Positions 14,595 through 22,156 of a stretch of 32,555 nucleotides of DNA are shown here, in pieces. The stretch lies in contig JACRGZ010000013.1 of the NCBI GenBank assembly GCA_016234155.1, positions 1 through 32,555 of the forward strand, written 5' to 3'. The number at the start of each line of letters is the position of its first letter. Within the stretch, counting starts at the first letter, position 1. The notes beneath the pieces are model-generated. The model ran no database searches. It was not told the DNA's origin and saw only the letters and a list, made by a program, of their open reading frames with translations. The translations under genes and the position numbers were made by a program. This DNA is from Nitrospirota bacterium. Lineage in GTDB: Bacteria > Nitrospirota > 9FT-COMBO-42-15 > HDB-SIOI813.

Positions 14595-14633
14595 TTGGGG
14601 TGGTAATTGGGTAATGTCAAATGTCAAAATTCA
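14589..14633 (+). repeat. Tandem 12-mers (TGGTAATTGGGG/TGGTAATTGGGT) followed by heptamers (AATGTCA x2, AAATTCA)
   Basis: Read directly. The lptC stop TAA (14592-14594) is inside the first 12-mer. Confidence 0.8.
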
Positions 14634-14635
14634 AA

Positions 14636-14786
14636 GAGGCTCTTGCAAAAGTATAAAAATGTTGTCATTCCCGCATGGTTTAAGCGGGAATATAGTGTTT
14701 TATTACAGAAAATCATATCCGTCCCCGAGTGGCTTCTATCGGGGATAGAAGATTTCGGGGATGACATAGACTTTTGCAAGAGCCTC
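14636..14786 (+). mobile_element. M1 MITE-like element, copy b (151 bp, perfect 17-bp TIRs, CAAA flanking duplication)
   Basis: The element runs GAGGCTCTTGCAAAAGT ... ACTTTTGCAAGAGCCTC, with CAAA on both flanks (14632-14635 and 14787-14790). It lies between lptC and the body of lptA. Confidence 0.85.
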
Positions 14787-14810
14787 CAAAGTTCAAATTA
14801 TTTTAGGATT

Positions 14811-15323
14811 TTGATTTTCATCTCTGGATTTTGTTTAATATTTTTATTTAATTCTTCAACAGTAAGGGGAGAAGAGTCGCCGGTTACGAGGTTCATCAGT
14901 CAGGGGGAGGAAGGGGCGCTCTCTATAACATCCAGGAAGATGACCCTCAAGAACCAGGAGAATACGATACTGTTTGAAGGGGATGTTGTTTTAGAGCGCG
15001 GCTCAATGAGGTTAAAGGCCAGGAGGGTAGAAGCTGTGTTCACATCGCTGCCGGAGGGAGAGCAGGGTTTATTTGAGAGTGCAGATAAAAAAAGAGGGCT
15101 TTCTACTATTACTGCTACAGGGGATGTCGAATTTATCCAGGGTTCCAGAACTGTCCTTTCAAACAAGGTCATTTATTTTAAAAAAGATGAGAGGATGGTC
15201 TTTACAGGCTCACCGAATATCCGGGAAGGTAAGGATGAACTCAAGGGTGAAAAGATCACAGTCCATATACTGGAGGACAGGGTTGTGGTAGAGGGAGGGG
15301 AAGCAATTATACATCCCAGGTAG
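14811..15323 (+). CDS. lptA: LptA (OstA-like) periplasmic LPS transport protein; 5' end interrupted by the M1 element, functional start uncertain
   Basis: OstA-N-like body (ITSRKMTLKNQENTILFEGDVVLERGSMRLKARRVE.., ATGDVEF.., TGSPNIREGKDELKGEKI). The track ORF 14607..15323 reads through the 151-bp M1 repeat. TTG 14811 is the first conventional start after M1 but has poor SD spacing. See findings. Confidence 0.7.
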   Translation: MIFISGFCLIFLFNSSTVRGEESPVTRFISQGEEGALSITSRKMTLKNQENTILFEGDVVLERGSMRLKARRVEAVFTSLPEGEQGLFESADKKRGLSTITATGDVEFIQGSRTVLSNKVIYFKKDERMVFTGSPNIREGKDELKGEKITVHILEDRVVVEGGEAIIHPR

Positions 15324-15347
15324 GGCTAAGTTAGGGTGAAGAAAGAT

Positions 15348-15378
15348 GTAGGGACAGACCTTCAGGTCTGTCCAAAAT
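15348..15378 (-). repeat. T4 palindromic 31-mer, copy b (inverted), between lptA and lptB
   Basis: It is 31/31 identical to the reverse complement of 13848-13878. Confidence 0.9.
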
Positions 15379-15391
15379 GGCGGCAGGTTAA

Positions 15392-16165
15392 ATGGCAACG
15401 CTTAAAGTAGAAAATATAGAGAAGATTTACAAGGGCCGTAAGGTAGTGGATAAGGTAAGCCTCACATTAAACAGGGGTGAGGTGGTAGGTATTTTAGGGC
15501 CTAATGGGGCTGGTAAGACCACGATCTTTTCCATTATTATAGGTATCTTAAAACCCTCTGCCGGCCGGATATTCTTAGATGATACCGAGATAACCTGCCT
15601 CCCTACTTATAAGCGTGCACGCCTTGGGATATGCTACCTTCCCCAGGAACCATCGATTTTCAGGAAACTTACAGTAGAAGAGAATATTATGGGAGTCCTC
15701 GAATTTCAAGACCTGTCTTCATACGAACGTCATGACAGATTAAATCAGCTTATCAGGGAACTCAATGTAGCCCATCTTGCCAGGCAGCCGGCCAATACCC
15801 TTTCGGGTGGTGAGAGGAGGCGGGTAGAGATTGCCCGTTCGCTTGCCTCATCGCCCACATTTATCTTTCTCGATGAGCCCTTTGCCGGTATAGACCCCAT
15901 TTCTGTAACAGACCTGCAACAGATAATCCTTCAGTTAAAGGACAAAGATATAGGTATATTAATAACGGATCACAATGTTAAGAATACACTTGAGGTCTGT
16001 GACAGGGTATATATATTAAATGAGGGTATTATTTTAAAATCAGGAACTCCGTATGATATAGCTGCAAGCGCTGAGGTTAGATCTACCTATTTGGGAGAAA
16101 GGTTCAGGTTAGAACCAGAGCATACTGTGCCGGAGCATATCCCAGAGCATATAATAGACAGATAG
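15392..16165 (+). CDS. lptB: LPS export ABC transporter ATPase LptB
   Basis: Walker A GPNGAGKTT, signature LSGGERRRVEIAR, Walker B FIFLDEPFAGIDP, and position between lptA and rpoN. Confidence 0.9.
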   Translation: MATLKVENIEKIYKGRKVVDKVSLTLNRGEVVGILGPNGAGKTTIFSIIIGILKPSAGRIFLDDTEITCLPTYKRARLGICYLPQEPSIFRKLTVEENIMGVLEFQDLSSYERHDRLNQLIRELNVAHLARQPANTLSGGERRRVEIARSLASSPTFIFLDEPFAGIDPISVTDLQQIILQLKDKDIGILITDHNVKNTLEVCDRVYILNEGIILKSGTPYDIAASAEVRSTYLGERFRLEPEHTVPEHIPEHIIDR

Positions 16166-16179
16166 TAGGGGGTCAGAAT

Positions 16180-17631
16180 ATGCATACGAAATTAGATATC
16201 AGGCTTGCACAGAAGCTTATAATGACCCCTCAGCTTCAGCAGGCCATAAAGCTCCTTCAACTCTCAAAACTTGAGTTACAGCAGATAATAAATCAGGCGC
16301 TCATGGAAAACCCTTTCCTTGATGAGATCCCGGAAGAAACAGCAGAGGCGGATGAAGATGAAATGTATAAGACAACTACCACTTCGGAGAGTGACAGTAA
16401 AGTAGAGGTTGAAGCAGAACAAGTCACGCCACTCGATGGAATGGACCTGAAGTGGGATGACTATCTCTCTGATGACGGAGTTGACACCAAAGAGTTAAGC
16501 TATTTTAAGGATAGCGACGAAGATGCCATGACATATGAGCAGACAGTGTCCAGGCCCTCTTCACTCTCTGAACACCTGTCATGGCAGCTTAATCTTTCTA
16601 CTTCTGATCCGGTTATCAAAAATATAGGCGAGGCCATAATTGGCAATATAGATGATAATGGTTATCTTCAAGCGACTATGGAAGAGATAAGCGGGATATG
16701 TGGTGTATCAAAAGATATAGTTCTTGGTGTATTGACGTTAATGCAGGGATTTGACCCGCCCGGTATAGCCGCAAGGGATATGAGGGAGTGTCTTCTTATT
16801 CAGATTGCGCAATTAGGTTTTAAAGACACCATTGTTGAGGCAATTGTCTCTGAACATCTCCCGGATTTTGAGAAAAAACGCTTCCCTGTTATAGCGCGTA
16901 AGCTGGGTATTACATTAGATGATTTATCGCATGCCATCAAGATTATAGAAAGGCTTGAACCAAAACCAGGGAGGTCATTTTATTCCTCTGATAATCTTTA
17001 TATAGTCCCGGATGTATTTGTTATAAAATACGAAGGTGAGTATCTCGTTATATTGAGTGATGATGGATTGCCAAGGCTCAAACTGAACCCGACATACAAG
17101 CGGATGCTTAAAAAGGGGAGTGGCCTTGCTGAAGATGCCCGCGGCTACTTAGAGGATAAGTTCCGTTCTGCCATCTGGATGATAAGGAGTATAGAACAGC
17201 GCAACAGGACTATATATAAGGTGGCGCAGAGCATCGTCAGATGTCAGGAGGAATTCCTCGAAAAGGGGATTAATTACCTGAAACCACTGACACTGAGAGA
17301 GATTGCAGATGATATCAATATGCATGAATCCACTGTCAGCCGTGTTACTAACAATAAATATATATGTACACCTCAGGGCATTTTTGAGTTGAAATACTTT
17401 TTCAGCAGCGGTCTGTCAACGAGTGATGGAAACAGTTGTTCGTCAACAAGTGTCAGAGATATGCTCCAGAGGCTAATCGCAGATGAAAACCACAAAAAAC
17501 CTTACAGTGATCAACAGATAATGGAGTTTCTGAAAGGACAGCAGATAGAGATAGCAAGGAGAACGGTTGCCAAGTACAGAAAAGAGTTAAAGATTCCTTC
17601 TGCAAGCAGGCGGAGAAAACTATTAATATGA
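16180..17631 (+). CDS. rpoN: RNA polymerase sigma-54 factor
   Basis: N-terminal LQQAIKLLQLSKLEL region I, an acidic linker, and a C-terminal RpoN box ARRTVAKYR. Confidence 0.95.
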   Translation: MHTKLDIRLAQKLIMTPQLQQAIKLLQLSKLELQQIINQALMENPFLDEIPEETAEADEDEMYKTTTTSESDSKVEVEAEQVTPLDGMDLKWDDYLSDDGVDTKELSYFKDSDEDAMTYEQTVSRPSSLSEHLSWQLNLSTSDPVIKNIGEAIIGNIDDNGYLQATMEEISGICGVSKDIVLGVLTLMQGFDPPGIAARDMRECLLIQIAQLGFKDTIVEAIVSEHLPDFEKKRFPVIARKLGITLDDLSHAIKIIERLEPKPGRSFYSSDNLYIVPDVFVIKYEGEYLVILSDDGLPRLKLNPTYKRMLKKGSGLAEDARGYLEDKFRSAIWMIRSIEQRNRTIYKVAQSIVRCQEEFLEKGINYLKPLTLREIADDINMHESTVSRVTNNKYICTPQGIFELKYFFSSGLSTSDGNSCSSTSVRDMLQRLIADENHKKPYSDQQIMEFLKGQQIEIARRTVAKYRKELKIPSASRRRKLLI

Positions 17632-18506
17632 GATTTAAGAATCTCCGCGTGGTGGTTATAAGCGGACTTTCAGGGGCCGGCAGGAGCAGCGCCCTGAAAT
17701 GTTTTGAGGATTTAGGTTTTTTCTGCATAGACAATCTCCCCCCGCAGCTTCTTCCCAAGTTAGTTGAACTCTGTACCCAGTCCGGGAGTGAAATCAGCAA
17801 GATAGCATTAGGTATAGATATACGTGAGAGGGGATTTTTCCGTGATTTTGAGAACGTATTGAATGATCTGATAAAGAGCGGGTACCCTATAGAGATTGCA
17901 TATCTCGATGCGAGGGATGAGGCGCTTGTCAGACGTTTTAGCGAGACAAGAAGGCCCCACCCACTTGCAAAGGAGATGCCTGTCATCGATGGTATAAGAC
18001 TTGAACGTGAGAGGTTAAGGTGGTTGCGCGAGAAGGCCACCCTGATTATAGACACCTCAGATTTCAATATCCATCAACTCAAGAATGAAATCTACAGGCA
18101 CTTCTTCGAGGCAGAAAGAGACAAAAAGATAATCGTAAATATAGTCTCTTTTGGTTTTAAATACGGGGTGCCCTATGACATTGATATGTTATTTGATATA
18201 AGGTTCCTCCCGAATCCCAACTTTGTCTCTCATCTTAAACCACTATCCGGAGGGGATAAAGATGTGTCAGAATATCTCTTGTCGAGCCCTCAGACCAAAC
18301 TCTTCTTAGAGAGATTTTTTCAGTTTGTAGATTTCCTTATGTCCCAGTATGAACAGGAGGGGAGATATTATCTCAGCATAGGAATTGGCTGCACAGGGGG
18401 GAGACACAGGTCGGTTTTTATAGCAGAAAGCCTTGAAAGGCATATAAGGGATATGGGTTATGAGACAACCTTACGCCACAGGGATATTGAGAAAGTGAAT
18501 GTCTGA
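17628..18506 (+). CDS. rapZ: RNase adapter / nucleotide-binding protein RapZ (YhbJ family)
   Basis: VVISGLSGAGRSSALKCFEDLGFFCIDNLP, GCTGGRHRSV, and an ATGA overlap with rpoN. Confidence 0.85.
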   Translation: MRFKNLRVVVISGLSGAGRSSALKCFEDLGFFCIDNLPPQLLPKLVELCTQSGSEISKIALGIDIRERGFFRDFENVLNDLIKSGYPIEIAYLDARDEALVRRFSETRRPHPLAKEMPVIDGIRLERERLRWLREKATLIIDTSDFNIHQLKNEIYRHFFEAERDKKIIVNIVSFGFKYGVPYDIDMLFDIRFLPNPNFVSHLKPLSGGDKDVSEYLLSSPQTKLFLERFFQFVDFLMSQYEQEGRYYLSIGIGCTGGRHRSVFIAESLERHIRDMGYETTLRHRDIEKVNV

Positions 18507-19116
18507 GACGATGTCTTCATACATAATTGCCATTACAGGTGCAAGCGGCACTGTCTATGGTATAAGACTGTTGAAGTACATGCTCGGAAACGGGATCAGG
18601 GTCTATCTTACTATTACTAAGGAAGGGTGGGATATATTGAGGGATGAGGCCGGGTTATACTGGGAGGGGGGAGAAGATGAGGTCAACTCCGCCCTCAGGA
18701 AATATTTTGGGGCAGCGGAAGAGACACTTCGCTACTACCATGAAGATAACCTCAGGGCATCCATAGCGAGCGGCTCTGTTCATACTGACGGGATGATAAT
18801 AGTTCCATCTTCCATGAAGACTGTTGCTTCCATAGCATCAGGTGTTGCCTCTAATCTTGTTGGACGTGCCGCCGATGTTATTTTGAAGGAGAAGAGAAAA
18901 TTGGTTATAGTCCCACGGGAGACACCATTGAATAGTATACACTTACGTAACCTCCTCACCCTTTCCGAGATGGGCGCCCATATTATCCCCGCCATGCCGG
19001 CATTCTATAACAGACCAAAGACCATAGAAGATATTGTGGATTTTATAGCCGGCCGCATCCTTGATGCCCTATATATAGATAATAGCCTATATAGGCGATG
19101 GGGTGACAAGGAATAA
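18499..19116 (+). CDS. ubiX: Flavin prenyltransferase UbiX family
   Basis: IAITGASGTVYGIRLL, MIIVPSSMKTVASIASG, and ~200 aa. Confidence 0.8.
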   Translation: MSETMSSYIIAITGASGTVYGIRLLKYMLGNGIRVYLTITKEGWDILRDEAGLYWEGGEDEVNSALRKYFGAAEETLRYYHEDNLRASIASGSVHTDGMIIVPSSMKTVASIASGVASNLVGRAADVILKEKRKLVIVPRETPLNSIHLRNLLTLSEMGAHIIPAMPAFYNRPKTIEDIVDFIAGRILDALYIDNSLYRRWGDKE

Positions 19117-19123
19117 AAAATAC

Positions 19124-19152
19124 TTGACTCTGGTTATTATATGAAGTATAGT
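19124..19152 (+). promoter_or_regulatory. Near-consensus sigma-70 promoter for the MerR-like/pilMNOPQ operon
   Basis: TTGACT (19124-19129), a 17-nt spacer, then TATAGT (19147-19152). It lies in the ubiX-MerR intergenic region, 92 nt upstream of the ATG. Confidence 0.6.
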
Positions 19153-19164
19153 TAGTATATGTGA

Positions 19165-19234
19165 AGGGTTCAAGGGTTCAAGGGGTCAAGGGGTCGAGGG
19201 GTCAAGTGAAATTCACTCGACCCCTTGACCCCTT
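19165..19234 (+). repeat. T2 hairpin (GGGTTCAA/GGGGTCAA octamers), copy in the 5' leader of the MerR-pil operon
   Basis: AGGGTTCAAGGGTTCAAGGGGTCAAGGGGTCGAGGGGTCAAGTGAA-ATTCACTCGACCCCTTGACCCCTT. The arms have unequal unit numbers. Confidence 0.85.
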
Positions 19235-19243
19235 ATATGTAAT

Positions 19244-19435
19244 ATGAGTCAGAACAAAAAATATTACGCAAGAGACATATGCACCCTTTTTGATATTTCA
19301 AAGGCTACCCTTTTCAGATGGGAAAGCGATGGATTGATCTCCAATATTAAGAGAGACTGGCGGAACTGGCGCATGTACAGTGAAGAGAATATTGAAGAGA
19401 TCAAGAAGATAATAGAGGCAAAGGGAAAGAAATAA
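19244..19435 (+). CDS. Small MerR-family helix-turn-helix protein (DNA-binding domain only)
   Basis: 63 aa. The sequence (Y)ARDICTLFDISKATLFRWESDGLI....R..NWRMYSEENIEEIKKI matches the MerR N-terminal HTH pattern. Its TAA overlaps the pilM ATG (TAATG). Confidence 0.6.
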   Translation: MSQNKKYYARDICTLFDISKATLFRWESDGLISNIKRDWRNWRMYSEENIEEIKKIIEAKGKK

Positions 19436-20496
19436 TGTTATTCCGCAGAAAGAAAGAGACAATAGGCATTGACATAGGTTCAAGCTCAATCAAGCTTATT
19501 CAATTGGAAGAGAGCGAGGGACGTTATAGGCTGTCCAAGTTTGGTATTTCGTATCTCGCCCCTGAAATGATTGTGGACGGGACTATTATGGACTCTGTCC
19601 GGTGTGTCGAGGCCGTACAGGATCTTATTAAGGAACAGTCCATATCTACTAAGGATGCTGTTATATCTGTATCCGGTCACTCAGTTATAGTTAAAAGGGT
19701 TACCCTCCCCCAGATGTCGGAAGGTGAGCTTGCTGAATCTATTAAATGGGAGGCGGAACAGTATATACCCTTTGACATTAATGATGTGAACATGGACTTT
19801 CAGATATTGAACACCTTTGTCGGCCCTGATGGAAAACCGCAGATGAATGTTTTATTGGCAGCGGTAAAGAAGGACAAGCTTACAGACTACACCTCCCTTG
19901 TCATAGAGGCAGGTCTTAGACCTGCTATTGTTGATATTGACTCCTTTGCCCTCGAAAATATGTATGGGATTAACTACGAGGTCAGGGAGGGTGAGGGTGT
20001 GGCGTTGATAAATATTGGGGCAAGTCTTACAAACATTAACATCCTTCAGGGGGGGATGTTTGCATTTACGCGGGACATTTCCATCGGCGGGAACAGGTAT
20101 ACGGAGTCTATTCAGAAGGACTTGGGCCTTTCCTATGATGATGCAGAGAAGGTGAAGAAAGGGGAAAATGTAGAGGGGATTGACCCTCTCGCTTTAGACG
20201 CGATTATCGGGAATGTCTCTTCAGAGATCGCAGGCGAGATAACAAGATCCTTTGGTTACTTCAAGACCACTTTGGGAAGTGAAAATATAGATAAGGTGAT
20301 GTTGAGCGGCGGTTCATCAAAGGTAAAAAATATAGATGTATTCTTACAGGAACGTCTTGAACTGCCGGTTGAGATTGCAAATCCCTTCAAGAAGATCGAT
20401 GTGCCCCCGGAATTTGACGCTGACTACATAAGAGATATATCCCCAATGGCATCAGTTGCTGTGGGCCTTGGGATACGAAGGTTAGACGACAGATGA
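19435..20496 (+). CDS. pilM: Type IV pilus assembly protein PilM (actin-like ATPase fold)
   Basis: IGIDIGSSSIKLIQL, 353 aa, first gene of a pilMNOPQ order. Confidence 0.9.
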   Translation: MLFRRKKETIGIDIGSSSIKLIQLEESEGRYRLSKFGISYLAPEMIVDGTIMDSVRCVEAVQDLIKEQSISTKDAVISVSGHSVIVKRVTLPQMSEGELAESIKWEAEQYIPFDINDVNMDFQILNTFVGPDGKPQMNVLLAAVKKDKLTDYTSLVIEAGLRPAIVDIDSFALENMYGINYEVREGEGVALINIGASLTNINILQGGMFAFTRDISIGGNRYTESIQKDLGLSYDDAEKVKKGENVEGIDPLALDAIIGNVSSEIAGEITRSFGYFKTTLGSENIDKVMLSGGSSKVKNIDVFLQERLELPVEIANPFKKIDVPPEFDADYIRDISPMASVAVGLGIRRLDDR

Positions 20497-21056
20497 TAAA
20501 AATAAACCTTCTACCGGCTGCTAAAAAGGCAGGTAAGGCTACTCACATCAAGTTCGGTCTTAACTCTTATGTGACACTTTTTATTATTGCCGTGGCGGCC
20601 GTGATACTGATAGAGGGGTTTACATGGTATTGGTTAAACAGCAGGATATCGTCACGCACAACAGAGAAACAGACCCTTGAGACGAGGCTTGCCGGATTAA
20701 AGGAAAAGGTTAAAGAGGTAGAGAATTATGAAAAGGACAAGAAGACCTTCGAGCAGAAGATAGCAATAATACAGAATTTAAAGAAGGGGCAGAAGGGGCC
20801 TGTTCATGTATTGGATGAAATCAGCCGCATGCTGCCGGAGAGGGTCTGGCTTGTATCCCTTAAAGAAAAGGGCGCCGATATAAGTATTACCGGTTCAGGG
20901 ATGACGAATGACGATATAGTCAGGTATGTAAATAATCTCAAGACCTCCAGTCTCTTCCGGAATATCCAGCTTATCGAATCAAGGCAGGTAGTAGATTCAG
21001 GAATTCCTGTTTATAGTTTCAGTTTAACCTTTAGTGTTAATCTTGATACGGTATAG
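20493..21056 (+). CDS. pilN: Type IV pilus assembly protein PilN
   Basis: MIKINLLP N-terminus, single TM, coiled coil, ATGA overlap with pilM. Confidence 0.85.
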   Translation: MIKINLLPAAKKAGKATHIKFGLNSYVTLFIIAVAAVILIEGFTWYWLNSRISSRTTEKQTLETRLAGLKEKVKEVENYEKDKKTFEQKIAIIQNLKKGQKGPVHVLDEISRMLPERVWLVSLKEKGADISITGSGMTNDDIVRYVNNLKTSSLFRNIQLIESRQVVDSGIPVYSFSLTFSVNLDTV

Positions 21057-21058
21057 AA

Positions 21059-21628
21059 ATGAATCTTGAATCCCTTGCAAATATACCACGCTCACAAAAG
21101 ATCCTCGTAATAGTCTTGTTGTGGGTAGTTATAATAGGCGGATTTGTTTACTATGTATTTTTGCCGGCTAAAAGCAGGATGGATGTACTTAATAATGCTA
21201 TATATGACCTGAACCTGCAGATAGTCAACAATGAAGTAAAGTTGAGAAGACTTGATCAGTTGAAGGTAGAAAATGCCCAGCTCCAGCAGCAACTAAAGAT
21301 ACTTCAGGCACAACTTCCGGCAGAACAAGAGGTCTCGGGGTTACTAAAACAGATATCGGATTTAAGTATAGAGTCAGGTTTAGAGGTTAAACTGTGGAAA
21401 CCTGGAGAAAGAAAGAAGGACCCCTCCGGACTTTATATAGAAATTCCTGTTGACGTGGACGTCTCTGGTGGTTATCATGCCTTAGCCACATTCTTTGACC
21501 GTGTCAGCAAGCTGCCGAGAATAGTTAATATAACTAATTTAAATATGGAAGGGACCAAAGCGGCGGGCGATAAAGTCTTTATCCAGAACAAATTTGTGGC
21601 TATAACGTTTGCAGCAACCGGAGAATAG
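21059..21628 (+). CDS. pilO: Type IV pilus assembly protein PilO
   Basis: 189 aa, single TM plus coiled coil plus ferredoxin-like C-terminus, and position in the operon. Confidence 0.8.
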   Translation: MNLESLANIPRSQKILVIVLLWVVIIGGFVYYVFLPAKSRMDVLNNAIYDLNLQIVNNEVKLRRLDQLKVENAQLQQQLKILQAQLPAEQEVSGLLKQISDLSIESGLEVKLWKPGERKKDPSGLYIEIPVDVDVSGGYHALATFFDRVSKLPRIVNITNLNMEGTKAAGDKVFIQNKFVAITFAATGE

Positions 21629-21634
21629 GCAAAA

Positions 21635-22156
21635 GTGGCGGCATCAATTTTAATGATTATTTTGTTGACAATCGTTGGCTGTTCTGAACAGACGGTTCAG
21701 ACGCCAGGCCTGCAGCCGGCGACGCAGCAAGATATGAAGGGAAAACAACCTCCCCAGGCTGTTGCCCGGACATCTGTAGAAAGTGCGGCGGGGGAGGCAG
21801 CGGCCGCATATAGTTACAGGACCGGGGGGAGGAGAGATCCGTTCAGGTCACTGATTTTAGGGCTTAGAGAGAAAAAAACAGTTGGTCTCACGCCTCTTCA
21901 GCAGAGAAGTTTGGGAGAGCTCAAGGTAATTGGGATTATCTGGGGGAGCGGGGGGTATGTTGCAATGATAGAGACCCCGGATGGAAAAGGGTATTTAATA
22001 AAAGAAGGGGTTCTGATAGGTTCTGAGGGAGGGGTTATAAAAAAGATTACAGAGGATTCTGTAATCATCGAAGAGGTATATACAGATTATTATGGCAGAA
22101 AGATGTCTAAAAAGACCGTGTTAGGGCTTCATGCTAAAGAGGAGGGTGGTGGATGA
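21635..22156 (+). CDS. pilP: Type IV pilus assembly lipoprotein PilP
   Basis: Lipobox LTIVGC, ~170 aa, position between pilO and pilQ. GTG start. Confidence 0.7.
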   Translation: MAASILMIILLTIVGCSEQTVQTPGLQPATQQDMKGKQPPQAVARTSVESAAGEAAAAYSYRTGGRRDPFRSLILGLREKKTVGLTPLQQRSLGELKVIGIIWGSGGYVAMIETPDGKGYLIKEGVLIGSEGGVIKKITEDSVIIEEVYTDYYGRKMSKKTVLGLHAKEEGGG

